A stretch of 64,000 nt of DNA. It comes from Dehalococcoidia bacterium. Its GTDB lineage: Bacteria; Chloroflexota; Dehalococcoidia; SM23-28-2; RBG-16-64-32. Where the stretch lies: assembly GCA_963665775.2 (NCBI GenBank), contig CAXXTF010000002.1:1152001-1216000 (forward strand), written 5' to 3'. Below, in pieces: positions 43,241 through 53,500 of this stretch; within the stretch, counting starts at the first letter, position 1, and every line of letters begins with the position of its first letter. The translations under genes were made by a program, and so were the position numbers. The notes under the pieces were generated by a model, which saw only the letters and a list, made by a program, of their open reading frames with translations, did not search any database and was not told where the DNA came from.

Positions 43241-45667
43241 TCAGGACGCTTTCGCTGCCCCCTCTTCGATAAGATCGAGAACCTCTTGGGCGGAACGACC
43301 TAGATCTTCCTCAAGCACCTTCTTCGTGGCTTCGGCGTGCAGCGAAGAGCCTTTGAGCCAATCGGGCGGCCCATCGACATGGACTATCGCCCCATGCCTG
43401 ATGTACCTTCCGGTGGTGTCCTCCACCCACACCGCGTAGCCGTTATCGATCATGTGCTGATCCCGCGTGGCGAACACGGCCACCGGCGGGCCATCGGCAC
43501 GAACGCAGGGCACCGCGCTCTTCATCATCAGTTGCTCCCACTGGTCCGCATCCTTCTTGGCAAAGACTGCCTCCAGAAGAGCGCCCAGCTCCGCGGCGTG
43601 GCGGATACGGCCGCTGGCCGTCGCGAAGCTCTCCACGGCCAGAACCTCCTCTCCGGTCACCGCGCAGAAACGTCGCCACTCGTCGTCAGTCTTGCAGACG
43701 AGCAACACCCACGTCCCCGACCCGGCCTCATAGATCCGATAGGTGGGGCCAACGCCGAAGTAGTTTGGGTCCACCCTCTCAACTTCAGACGACATGCCGT
43801 CCCTGATCATCATCTCTTCCACGTTCACATACATGTTGGACCGCAGCATCATCGTCGTCATCTCCTGGCCCATACCGCTGACGTCACGGAAGAAGATTCC
43901 GGCGCAGAGGGCGGTGCCGACTGACAGGGCAGACGCGGGGTCTGCAAACCCCCAGTTGGCCATCCCTGCCCGTCGGGAGATCTCCAGGAGATCATCCATC
44001 TCCAGCTTACGGGTCGTGGCCGGGTCTGTCGGCAGATAACCGGCGCCCTGCCGCCAGGCGCTGCCGCATACAGCCCCCGGCATAGGGTCAAAGGCCGGTT
44101 TTCTGGAGAAGGGCCCGTCAGTCCCGTAGGCCGTCGCGTTGAGGTAGATCAGCTGTGGGTTGATGGCAGACAGGGTGTCGTAGTCGACTCCGAGCCGCTT
44201 CGTCACCCCCGGCCGGAAATTGTGCATGAACACGTCGGCCTGCCGTACCAGATCGTACAGAATCTCTCGACACCGCGGATGCTTCATATCCAGGGCGACA
44301 CTCTCCTTGCCCTGAGTAGTCTTCGACGCCCCGTCCCCGAACGGCTGCTCCGCCTCCAGGGAATCGACCCTGATAACTCGCGCCCCCAGATCGGCGAGAA
44401 GGGTGGTGCCGAACGGCGCCGCATAGTACCGGGCCATCTCAATGACCGTGATGCCGGAGAGCGGCCCCTTCCTGGCACCGTCGCCGCCGCCGCTCGTCTT
44501 GCCCGCCTTTGACTTGGCCTTCCACGGGATATCGCCGCTTCCGGCCCCCAACTGCGCAGCCTGGAAGCGAGGGGCGGCTGGCGTAGCGTGGGCAACGAAC
44601 GCCGGCGCCAACTGCAACACTTTGCCGTAGACCGGGTCCGTGACCTCGATGAAATCCCCATTGTGCCGCACCTGGGGGTGCTCCGTTGCCCAGGCCGGCG
44701 AACGGAAGTGTTCCGCCGTCACGTCGTCATTGGGGAGCAGAATCTCCATCCATTCGGCCAACGTCTTCTCCCGCAGCCGCTCCATGATGATCCTCCAGAC
44801 CTCCATGTGCATCTCTGGAGGAACGTTGGGCAGGCTCATGAACCGCTCCTCCAGGAAGAGCGACTCCAGACCGATGGCTTCCATGAACCGGTAAAACAGG
44901 TGGGCGCCCATCTGTGTGAACTGTAGCCATTGACCGTCGGCAGTAGCGCCAACGATGTACGATAGGGCCCCCCCTCGTTGCCGTCGCCCATCGGCGGTTG
45001 AGGTTTGGAAAAACTGCTCTCCTCGTATCTGGGCATCCTTCCAGCCGAAGAGATCGTAGGCCGCCAAGCCCTGCACGAGCGAGGCCTCGACGTGGTGTCC
45101 GCGCCCGCTCTGTTTGCGTTCATGGAGGGCCGCGAATATGCCTTGAAGCGCCCCTTGACTGGCCGCGAAGCCGGCGACCGGGAGTGCGGGGAAGACCGGC
45201 CCGCTCCTTTCCGCCTGTCCAATGTAAAAGGAGCCCCGCCCGGACTTCATGGTGACGATCTGCTCATAGTCCCCGTAGTTGGCGTAGGGCCCCTTAGGAC
45301 CGAAGCCCGAAATGGAACAATAGATGACATCGGGCCGCAGGGAGCTGACGCGGGCGTAGTCCACCCCCATCTGCTGAGCGGCATCCTTCGGCAGCGACAC
45401 CATCACTATGTCGGCGCCAAGGCAGAGCTCTCCCACCCTCTCCCGATCTGCCTCCACCGCCGGGTCCGCGACGACGCTGCTCTTCCCGCGGCTCGTCATG
45501 ACGAAGCTAGCGGACCGCCTCCCGGGGTCGCCACCCGGCGGCTCCACCTTGACCACCTCGGCACCAAAGTCGGAGAGGACCATCCCAGCCAGGGAGATGG
45601 CCAGCCCGGAGCCGATCTCAAGTACGTTGAGCCCCGTCAGCGGCGGGGGTGATGAACGCTCTGTCAT
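43241..45667 (-). CDS. Family III CoA-transferase, two fused domains
   Basis: LSDFGAEVVKVEPPGGD and LADLGARVIRVD; HNFRPG; Asp in C-domain (GFADPA). Confidence 0.9.
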   Translation of the reverse strand: MTERSSPPPLTGLNVLEIGSGLAISLAGMVLSDFGAEVVKVEPPGGDPGRRSASFVMTSRGKSSVVADPAVEADRERVGELCLGADIVMVSLPKDAAQQMGVDYARVSSLRPDVIYCSISGFGPKGPYANYGDYEQIVTMKSGRGSFYIGQAERSGPVFPALPVAGFAASQGALQGIFAALHERKQSGRGHHVEASLVQGLAAYDLFGWKDAQIRGEQFFQTSTADGRRQRGGALSYIVGATADGQWLQFTQMGAHLFYRFMEAIGLESLFLEERFMSLPNVPPEMHMEVWRIIMERLREKTLAEWMEILLPNDDVTAEHFRSPAWATEHPQVRHNGDFIEVTDPVYGKVLQLAPAFVAHATPAAPRFQAAQLGAGSGDIPWKAKSKAGKTSGGGDGARKGPLSGITVIEMARYYAAPFGTTLLADLGARVIRVDSLEAEQPFGDGASKTTQGKESVALDMKHPRCREILYDLVRQADVFMHNFRPGVTKRLGVDYDTLSAINPQLIYLNATAYGTDGPFSRKPAFDPMPGAVCGSAWRQGAGYLPTDPATTRKLEMDDLLEISRRAGMANWGFADPASALSVGTALCAGIFFRDVSGMGQEMTTMMLRSNMYVNVEEMMIRDGMSSEVERVDPNYFGVGPTYRIYEAGSGTWVLLVCKTDDEWRRFCAVTGEEVLAVESFATASGRIRHAAELGALLEAVFAKKDADQWEQLMMKSAVPCVRADGPPVAVFATRDQHMIDNGYAVWVEDTTGRYIRHGAIVHVDGPPDWLKGSSLHAEATKKVLEEDLGRSAQEVLDLIEEGAAKAS

Positions 45668-45725
45668 GCTGCTTGGTCACCTCTCTGAAAGCGAGCGACG
45701 GGTCCGTCCCTCCCGATATCCAGCC

Positions 45726-46142
45726 CTACTGCACAACCTTGAACTTGGGGATGGTGAGATCGGGAAGCACGTCCTCGTAGTATATCTCCACCTTCTGCCC
45801 GATCCGCACCTCGGCGGGATCGATGCCCGTGATATTGCTCATCATCTGTGGCCCTTCGTCCAAGGTAACGTACCCCACAGCATAGGGCACCTCGTCCGCG
45901 AAACCCGGCGCCCGGTTCTGATAGACGATAGAGAAGGTGTGGACGATACCCTTACCACTCATCTCCGTCCAGGTCACCTCCGTGTCAAAGCAGAAGGGGC
46001 AGAAAGGCCGCGGCGGGAACGCCACCTTATCGCACTTGTTGCACTTGGTGAGCGAAAGCTTATGCTCTCGCAAAGCCTCCCAGTAGTTAGCTGTATCGAA
46101 GCTGACTCTCGGCTGCGGCTTAAGATACTCGGCGGTCGTCAT
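45726..46142 (-). CDS. DUF35 Zn-ribbon/OB-fold protein (ChsH2-C/BbsA-like)
   Basis: CNKC..FPPRPFCPFC, SGKGIVHTFSIV, PYAVGYVTLDEGP. Confidence 0.9.
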   Translation of the reverse strand: MTTAEYLKPQPRVSFDTANYWEALREHKLSLTKCNKCDKVAFPPRPFCPFCFDTEVTWTEMSGKGIVHTFSIVYQNRAPGFADEVPYAVGYVTLDEGPQMMSNITGIDPAEVRIGQKVEIYYEDVLPDLTIPKFKVVQ

Positions 46143-46269
46143 AGCGCGTCCTCCTTTGCGGGCTCATTATGAGTTCGGCGTTCCTTCATCTCTCGATATG
46201 CTTTCGAATCACTTTGTTGATCGTCGGCTCACCCTCTCTCGACTGTAGACACTATACGAAGCGGTTTCA

Positions 46270-47466
46270 CTAGTCCTTGGCCAGAATAACGGTGGCCCCG
46301 CTGTGTTGGACGCCGAGACTGCCACCGGTGCCGTGGCACACAGCTATCTTGCAGTCCTTGACCTGGCTCTTCCCCTGGTTGCCCCGCAGCTGCCGGGTGG
46401 CCTCGATGAGGAGAAACATCCCCCGCGCACCCGGGTGGTTAGAGGAGAGCCCGCCACCGTCGGTGTTTAGGGGAAAGTCCCCATCGAACCGCATGTTCTT
46501 GCTGGCCACGAAGGGGCCACCCTCACCGATCTCGCAGAACCCCAGCCCCTCCAGCGTGGTCAGGACCGTGATCGTGTACGAGTCGTAGAGCATGCACAGG
46601 TCGATCTCGTCATGCGTAACCCCGGCGTCGGCGAAGGCCCGCGGTCCAGACCGCGCCGCGGCGATCCGCCCGTAGTCCCGATAGCCGGCGCTGCGGTGCT
46701 CCACCGCCATCGCTCCCCCCAGAAGCCACACAGGCCGCTGCTTGCAGCCCCGCGCCACCTCCGGGCTGGCCACTACTACGGCCCCACCGCCATCGGTGAT
46801 CACGCAGCACTCCAGCAGGTGCAGCGGCGAGCAGATCATGCGGGAGTCCACCACCTCCTCCACCGTGATCGGGGCCTGGTACTTCGCCTCCGGGTTGAAG
46901 GAGGCGTTGTATCGGGTAGCCACGGAGATCTCCGCCAGCTGCTCGCTGGTCGTACCGTACTCGTACATGTGGCGCTGTGCCACCTGGGCGTAGCTGGCCA
47001 CCCCGACGAGCCCGTACGGCGAGTCGAAGGCGGCAGTATACCAGGGCACCCGTGGGGCAGCCCTGGGAACAGAGGTACTTGGCCGCCTCGTCCCGCCGGT
47101 GCCACCACCCCAGCCCCGACTGATGGAGAGCTGCGAGTAAGTGATGAGCGCTACGTTCATCAGGCCGGCGTTGATGAGAGCCGCGGCCTCCAGCACATTC
47201 ATGAGAAACGTGGCGCCACCAATGTTAGTATCGCCAACGAACTTGGGGTTGATGTTCAGGTAATCGCACATAGTCATGGCGCTATTGCTCTCCACCGGAG
47301 CGGTCACACCATAGTAGCCATCCACGTCCGCAAGCGTCAGGCCGGCGTCGTCCAGGGCCGCCCTGGCGCACTCCGACTCCAATCGCGGCTCCGTGTAGCC
47401 CGGAATGACCCGCGATGGAAATTCGTGGGCGCCAACGATGGCCGCCTTCTTAGCAAGGGAACCCAT
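46270..47466 (-). CDS. Thiolase-superfamily (SCP2/Ltp2-like) protein lacking the canonical nucleophilic Cys
   Basis: AQRHMYEYGTT, CCVITDGGGA, YDSYT, NTDGGGLSSNHPG; IGGAT where thiolases have Cys. Confidence 0.88.
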   Translation of the reverse strand: MGSLAKKAAIVGAHEFPSRVIPGYTEPRLESECARAALDDAGLTLADVDGYYGVTAPVESNSAMTMCDYLNINPKFVGDTNIGGATFLMNVLEAAALINAGLMNVALITYSQLSISRGWGGGTGGTRRPSTSVPRAAPRVPWYTAAFDSPYGLVGVASYAQVAQRHMYEYGTTSEQLAEISVATRYNASFNPEAKYQAPITVEEVVDSRMICSPLHLLECCVITDGGGAVVVASPEVARGCKQRPVWLLGGAMAVEHRSAGYRDYGRIAAARSGPRAFADAGVTHDEIDLCMLYDSYTITVLTTLEGLGFCEIGEGGPFVASKNMRFDGDFPLNTDGGGLSSNHPGARGMFLLIEATRQLRGNQGKSQVKDCKIAVCHGTGGSLGVQHSGATVILAKD

Positions 47467-47516
47467 TCAAGCCTCCTTCTTACCTCTGCTCATGCCCTCT
47501 CAGATAGAACCGGGGC

Positions 47517-48194
47517 TTAGACAGCCGGACTGAGGTTCGGACTGACCGTCAGGGGCGTCCCCGTGAGAGCTTGTATCTCCTCGAACGTATATCCCGGCGC
47601 GTGCTGCTGCAACTCGAACCCTGCGTCTGTCTTGGCGAGCACGGCGAGATCGGTCACCACCAACTTCACCACATTGAGCGCCGTGACGGGCAGCGAGCAG
47701 CGTTCCACGAGCCGCGGGCTGCCATCGGAAGTGGTGTGCTCCATCATGATGAATACCCGCTTCGAGCACTGGGCCAGATCCATGGCCCCGCCCAGAGTGT
47801 TCCCCAGACCAGTGGGCAGGTCCAGAGATATCTTCCAGTTAGCGAACGAGCCGCCGGCATCCACCTCATAGGCGCCAAGTATGACACAGTCGATGAGCCC
47901 CTTGCGGATCATGGCGAAGGAGTCAGCATGGTGCATGACCACCGCCCCGGGCAGCAGCGTCACGTAGTCTCCGGTAGCGTTCGTGACATCCATGTCCTCT
48001 TGCTCGACACCAGCCACGGGGCCATAGCCCAGAAGACCGTGCTCAGCGTGCAGGGCGATGCCCATCTCCGGGTAGATGAAGTTCGAGACGAAGGACGGCA
48101 TGCCGAAACCGAGGTTCACGATCCATCCCGGCTCCAGGTGTTGGGCAACGATCGCCGCCATCTGATCCCGCGTCATCCGTTCCTTGTCACTCAC
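47517..48194 (-). CDS. Family I CoA-transferase subunit B (ScoB/PcaJ-like)
   Basis: VNLGFGMP, SFAMIRKG, LGAYEV, GGAMDL, CSLPVTA. Confidence 0.9.
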   Translation of the reverse strand: MSDKERMTRDQMAAIVAQHLEPGWIVNLGFGMPSFVSNFIYPEMGIALHAEHGLLGYGPVAGVEQEDMDVTNATGDYVTLLPGAVVMHHADSFAMIRKGLIDCVILGAYEVDAGGSFANWKISLDLPTGLGNTLGGAMDLAQCSKRVFIMMEHTTSDGSPRLVERCSLPVTALNVVKLVVTDLAVLAKTDAGFELQQHAPGYTFEEIQALTGTPLTVSPNLSPAV

Positions 48195-48237
48195 CGTTTG
48201 CTCCTTCTGGGACGCCTCTCGATGTCAGTTATTAGCC

Positions 48238-49032
48238 CTAATCTTGCTTTTTGTCTTCGGAGCCTGCCTGCGCCACCTGAGCCAATCGCCGCTCGGAGAA
48301 CAGCCTCTCCCTCCACTCCCTGATATTGAGGCGCACAATGCCATCGGCCGGCACCTGCACCAACCGCTGCACCCAGGCGCCAGGGGTATGTATGAGGTCA
48401 GGGTCCAGCTCCCCGGCCGGGACTATGGGCTCCTCTACCTCGACGATAGCGCAATCGGCCGCCATCGCCATGATCGGGTTGAAGTTCCGCGACGAGCGAC
48501 GAAAGATCAGGTTGCCCATCGTATCCGCCTTCCAGGCGCGAACGAGCGCGTAGTCAGCGGGGAGCGCGTGCTCCATGATGTAGCCGCGCCCGTCGAACTC
48601 TCGGTACTCCTTGCCGTGGGCGATCTCCGTGCCGACCCCGGTCGGCGTAAAGAAGGCGGGGATCTGCGCGCCCGCTGCCCGGATGCGCTCGGCCAGGGTG
48701 CCCTGAGGCAACATCTCCACCTGCACCTTCCCCTCTCGGAACAGCTTCTCCAGGGGGGTCTGGTACGAGGGGTGGCCACTGCCGAGGCCTACGCCGACGA
48801 ACTTGGCGACCCGGCCCTGGTCATAAAAGTGAATGAAGTCTATGGGCCCCCTCCTGCCGAAGGTCGCCCCCGCGTTGGAAATGAATGTGAGCCCAGTAGC
48901 CGTCTGGCGGTTAAGCGCCGCCATAAGGTTGAACGGGTAGCCCGAGGGGCCAAACCCAGCGACCATGATGACCGCACCATCCGGGATGTCCGCGACAACC
49001 TCGTCGATACTTGAGTAGACGTTCGCCTGCAT
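48238..49032 (-). CDS. Family I CoA-transferase subunit A (ScoA/PcaI-like)
   Basis: IPDGAVIMVAGFG, PQGTLAERIRAAG, RNFNPIMAMAA, IHTPG. Confidence 0.92.
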   Translation of the reverse strand: MQANVYSSIDEVVADIPDGAVIMVAGFGPSGYPFNLMAALNRQTATGLTFISNAGATFGRRGPIDFIHFYDQGRVAKFVGVGLGSGHPSYQTPLEKLFREGKVQVEMLPQGTLAERIRAAGAQIPAFFTPTGVGTEIAHGKEYREFDGRGYIMEHALPADYALVRAWKADTMGNLIFRRSSRNFNPIMAMAADCAIVEVEEPIVPAGELDPDLIHTPGAWVQRLVQVPADGIVRLNIREWRERLFSERRLAQVAQAGSEDKKQD

Positions 49033-49457
49033 AATCCTCCTCGCCAAAACGGGCTAGCTTACCCTACCCCGGACCACCGGAAACGTAAGGCCGCAGCGGC
49101 AACCGCTCAGCGCAGGGATACCTCAGCATCTCCGCGGGGGACAGGGCGGAAGTCAACTGTTAGGCCACGCATGATTTCCTTGGCGGCGGCCCGTATTCGC
49201 GTTCCGGGCCGCAAGCGGCTACGAATGTACCATTCGCCCAGAGAAGCTGTCAAGACAGTTTGCACGGTGGAGACCCCTACAGTCACGTAGAGGCCACGCG
49301 GACGGGCATATCCGGCCAGACGGAAGGGACGGACAGTACGCTCGGCCCGGCATTCATGGGAAGCGGAAGCCGCTTCGGCCAAAAGTGTCGTTCGTCGCCG
49401 TCTGTCGCCGCCTCGGTTTACCATCGTATCGCTCTACCTGTCATCCGTACCGGCCGG

Positions 49458-50591
49458 TCACATCCCCAACAGCTGCGCCAGTCGCCGACGGTGGTGGGTC
49501 GGGTCGCCCAGGTAATAGTACAGGGTGCGGGCCGACTTGGTGTACATGTAGAGCCCGTACTCCTTGACCAGGGCTATGGCGCCATGCGCCCGATGAGCCG
49601 AGTCGCAGGCTTTGTGGAAACCTTCGCTGCTAGCCGTCTTGGCCACGGCAGCGGCAACGGACACGGGCTGGCCGACGTCGATCTTCCAGAGAGCCTCGTA
49701 AGTCGTCCACCGGGCGGCGTCCACGCCGTTGACGCAATCGATCATGTGGTCCTGCACTCGCTGGAGCGTGCCGATGGGGGAGCCGAACTGCACCCTGGTC
49801 CGGGTGTACTCCAGAGAATGATCCAGGGCCCCCTGGCCGCCCCCAACCATGTAGGCGCACAGCACGACCGCCGCCTTCTCCAGCACCGGCGCCAGGGCGG
49901 CCCAACCCTTGTCCACGCTGCCCAAGACGTTCTCAGCGGCCACTTCTACCGATTCAAACTTCACCTCATTGAGTTTCGTACCCATCCAGCCGGACAGGGT
50001 GCGACACGATAGGCCCGGGGAGCCCTTATCGACCAGGAATAGGGTGATCCCCTCGGCCGGGTCATCGCTATCGCTGGTCCGAGCTACACATAGGATCTTG
50101 TCGGCGATGTGGGCGTCAGGGATGAACAGCTTGATGCCGTCCAGGACAAAGTGCCCGTCTCGCCTGCTGGCTCGCATCTGCACCGACTCCGGCTCCCAGC
50201 CGTAGTTGGGCTCCGTGAGGGCCACCGCTATGATCAGCTCACCGCGGGCGATAGCGGGCAGGAGCCGCCCCTTCTGCTCTGCCGTCCCTGCCTCTAGTAT
50301 GGTCAGGACGCCGAGAACCGCCGTCGAGTGGTGCGGGCTGGGTAGAAGGACTCTCCCCATCTCCTCATAGAGGACGCCCAGGTCGGTGAAGCTGCTGCCG
50401 CTGCCGCCGTACTCCTCCGGGATCATCATATCCACCCACCCCATCTCCACCATACGCCGCCACAGTCCAGGCTCGAACCCCGTTTCGCTCTCGTCCAGCT
50501 CGCGCACCCGCTCCTGGGAGCATTCCTGCTCCAGAAAGCTGTGGGCCGTGTTCTTGATCATCTCCTGTGCCTCAGTAAGCGAGAGGTCCAT
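49458..50591 (-). CDS. Acyl-CoA dehydrogenase, beta-type (non-catalytic-like) subunit
   Basis: MDLSLTEAQEM, ALTEP, RVQFGSPIGTLQRVQ, HGAIAL; pairs with the upstream ACAD. Confidence 0.88.
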   Translation of the reverse strand: MDLSLTEAQEMIKNTAHSFLEQECSQERVRELDESETGFEPGLWRRMVEMGWVDMMIPEEYGGSGSSFTDLGVLYEEMGRVLLPSPHHSTAVLGVLTILEAGTAEQKGRLLPAIARGELIIAVALTEPNYGWEPESVQMRASRRDGHFVLDGIKLFIPDAHIADKILCVARTSDSDDPAEGITLFLVDKGSPGLSCRTLSGWMGTKLNEVKFESVEVAAENVLGSVDKGWAALAPVLEKAAVVLCAYMVGGGQGALDHSLEYTRTRVQFGSPIGTLQRVQDHMIDCVNGVDAARWTTYEALWKIDVGQPVSVAAAVAKTASSEGFHKACDSAHRAHGAIALVKEYGLYMYTKSARTLYYYLGDPTHHRRRLAQLLGM

Positions 50592-50628
50592 CGTGCTTTC
50601 CCTTCTCAAGTAAAGTCAGGCTGTCTGG

Positions 50629-51825
50629 CTAGTAGGTGGCCGCTGCCCTCTGTGGGGGCTTGCCGGTTCCCAGACGGCGGGCCATGACCACCTTCTGCAC
50701 CTCCGGCGTGCCACCGCCGGGGAAGGCCAGGCTGTAACGCTGGTGATGCTCAAACTCACCGATCAGAGGAGCCCAGGTGGGGTCGTTCACCATGGCGTAG
50801 GGGCCCAGGATGTCAAGGATGGTCTTGGCCAACTCAACGCCGAACAGCTTGCCGTGGAGGGAGCTCTGGGGGCCTTCGTAGGCGCTGCTCTGGCGGGTGT
50901 GGCGCATCCAGTAGTTGCGGGCTCCCCAAAGGCGTCCTACCTCCGCTTTGATGTATAGGTCAACGAGTGTCTGCTGTATCCCCTCATTCTTGCTGAGAGG
51001 TTGGCCATCGCGTATCGTATTCTTGCAGTACTCGATGAGCTTGTGCACCATGTGATTGCGGCTAACTAGGGTGCCCCCACCGCCGTGCTCCACCTCCAGC
51101 GTACTCTGGGCTACCCGCCAGCCCTCATTTTCGGGCCCGATCCGGTTCGCCGCCGGGACCCTCACGTTGTCGAAGTAAAACTCGTTCTTGTGATGGGCGA
51201 TCATGTTCAGGGGAACCTTTGTGATGCCCGGGGTATCGGCATCGATCATGAAGGCGCTCATGTTGTTGTGGCGGGGAGCGTCGGGATCGGTAACGACGAG
51301 GGTGTAGAGCAGATCTACCGGGTACTTGGAACCGTTCCATATCTTCTGACCGTTCAGAACGTACTCATCGCCGTCCCGCACCGCCCTGGTCTTGATGGCG
51401 GCCAGGTCTGAGCCGGCGTCCGGCTCGCTGAACAGCTGGAAAACGGCGATCTCCGCCCGCATGATGGGCTGCAGCCACCGCTGCTTCTGCTCCTCCGTCC
51501 CCCACACCATAATCGCCGGCGCGCAGAGAGAGACGCCCAGGTCGTAGATCTGTGGTATCGGATGCTTGGCCAGCTCCTCGTCTATCACGGAAGCCTTATC
51601 CATGCTCAGGCCGCCGCCGCCGTACTCCTGGGGCCAGGTTGGCGCCCGCCACCCCTTCTCGCCCAGCTTGCTGCGAAACTCGCGAGCCCACTTGTACTGA
51701 TCGGGAGTCGGGTTGGTGGGGTCCACGAGGGGCTCCATATCCTCCGGTAAGTTGACCTTCAGCCACTCTTTTACCTCTTCGCGGAACGCCTCCTGCTCTC
51801 CCGTATAATGCAACTCAAAATCCAT
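50629..51825 (-). CDS. Acyl-CoA dehydrogenase, alpha-type subunit
   Basis: [52 protein letters not shown]. Confidence 0.92.
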   Translation of the reverse strand: MDFELHYTGEQEAFREEVKEWLKVNLPEDMEPLVDPTNPTPDQYKWAREFRSKLGEKGWRAPTWPQEYGGGGLSMDKASVIDEELAKHPIPQIYDLGVSLCAPAIMVWGTEEQKQRWLQPIMRAEIAVFQLFSEPDAGSDLAAIKTRAVRDGDEYVLNGQKIWNGSKYPVDLLYTLVVTDPDAPRHNNMSAFMIDADTPGITKVPLNMIAHHKNEFYFDNVRVPAANRIGPENEGWRVAQSTLEVEHGGGGTLVSRNHMVHKLIEYCKNTIRDGQPLSKNEGIQQTLVDLYIKAEVGRLWGARNYWMRHTRQSSAYEGPQSSLHGKLFGVELAKTILDILGPYAMVNDPTWAPLIGEFEHHQRYSLAFPGGGTPEVQKVVMARRLGTGKPPQRAAATY

Positions 51826-51983
51826 CGTTACCTCCTTCGTCTTCGTCGGCAATCAGTATAGGGGCTGGGACGGCTTTTGCAAACAGGCGCATGCGGCTCC
51901 GGCTTTGCTCAGGCAAGGTATCTGGGGGCAGCGCAGACCATGTTTCAATGCCGTTCCCCCTCTGGTATACTCATCCTGACCCC

Positions 51984-53465
51984 ATGACGACAACTGCCGT
52001 TCAGTATGAAACCGTTATAGGGCTAGAGGTCCACGCGCAGCTACTCACCCGGAGCAAGATGTTTTGCTCCTGTTCCCCCCCTTCCCCTGACTCTCCCCCC
52101 AACACTCACGTCTGCCCCGTATGCCTGGGCCTGCCCGGCGCCCTCCCCGTTATCAACCGGAGGGCTTTGGAGCTCACCATCATGACCGGTCTCGCCCTCA
52201 GCTGTGACATCCCGGAGCAGGCCAAGTTCGACCGCAAGAACTATCACTACCCGGACCTCATGAAGGGCTATCAGATCTCCGAGTACGACCTGCCCCTCTG
52301 CCGCGACGGCCGGCTGGAGATCGAAGTGGACGGGCAGGTGAAGCGCGTGGGCATCACCCGCGTCCACCTTGAGGAGGATACCGCCCGCCTACAGCATGCC
52401 ACGAACGCCGCCGGCGAGTCCTACAGCCTGGTGGACGTGAACCGCTCCGGCCTGCCGCTCATGGAGATCGTCTCGGAGCCGGACGTTCGCTCCGCTGAGG
52501 AGGCCCGCGCCTACCTCGTGAAGCTGCGCCAGACCCTCCGCTACATCGGCGCCAGCCGGGCCAACATGGAAGAGGGCAACATGCGCTGTGAGCCCAACGT
52601 TAGTGTCCGTCCCCTGGGTCAGGCTGAGTTCGGCGTCAAGGTGGAGCTGAAGAACATCAACAGCTTCCGCCATGTCTATGACGCCATCAAATACGAAGTA
52701 GAGCGACAGGTCCATCTCTTGAACTCCGGTGGTCGCGTCGCCCACGAGACTCGCGGCTGGCGGCCGGACAGGGGGCAGACCGTCTCCCAGCGCTCCAAGG
52801 AGCACGCCGACGACTACCGCTACTTCCCGGAGCCTGATCTGCCGCCCATCACAGTAAGCCGGGAGTGGGTGGCAGAGCTGCGCACCAACCTGCCCGAACT
52901 GCCGGACGCGAAACGAGCGCGCTTCCGTGAGGAGTACGGGCTCTCCGACTACGACGTCGCCATCCTCATCGAGGGTCGGGCCAGGGCGGAGTTCTTCGAG
53001 GCCACCGTGGCGCTAGTCCAGAGCGACCGGCGCCAACAACGGGCCAAGGCGGTCGCCAACTGGATGAACAGCGAGCTGGCCCAGCTCCTAAACGCCGACA
53101 ACATGGAGATACAGGACGCGCGCATCACACCTGAGGGCCTCTCAGAGCTCATAGACCTTCAGGAGAACGGCACCATCTCCGGCAAAACCGCCAAGGAGAT
53201 CCTCGAGGAGATGTTCCGGACCGGCCGCGCCGCCGCCGACATCGTGCGAGGGTCCGGTCTGACCCAGATCACGGCCACCGACGAGATCGCCGACGCCGTG
53301 AACCGCGTTCTCGATAACTTCCCCAAAGCCGTCGAGGACCAGCGCCGGGGCAAGGAGGAGGCGATCAAGTTCCTGGTAGGCCAGGTTATGCGCGAGACCA
53401 AGGGCCGGGCCAGGCCAGACATCGTGCACGAGCTCCTGCGGGAGAAATTACGTGCCAGGCCGTAA
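51984..53465 (+). CDS. gatB: Asp/Glu-tRNA amidotransferase subunit B
   Basis: [58 protein letters not shown]. Confidence 0.97.
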   Translation: MTTTAVQYETVIGLEVHAQLLTRSKMFCSCSPPSPDSPPNTHVCPVCLGLPGALPVINRRALELTIMTGLALSCDIPEQAKFDRKNYHYPDLMKGYQISEYDLPLCRDGRLEIEVDGQVKRVGITRVHLEEDTARLQHATNAAGESYSLVDVNRSGLPLMEIVSEPDVRSAEEARAYLVKLRQTLRYIGASRANMEEGNMRCEPNVSVRPLGQAEFGVKVELKNINSFRHVYDAIKYEVERQVHLLNSGGRVAHETRGWRPDRGQTVSQRSKEHADDYRYFPEPDLPPITVSREWVAELRTNLPELPDAKRARFREEYGLSDYDVAILIEGRARAEFFEATVALVQSDRRQQRAKAVANWMNSELAQLLNADNMEIQDARITPEGLSELIDLQENGTISGKTAKEILEEMFRTGRAAADIVRGSGLTQITATDEIADAVNRVLDNFPKAVEDQRRGKEEAIKFLVGQVMRETKGRARPDIVHELLREKLRARP

Positions 53466-53500
53466 ACAAACCACCAGGGTAGACGTTGTCTTATAGTAGG

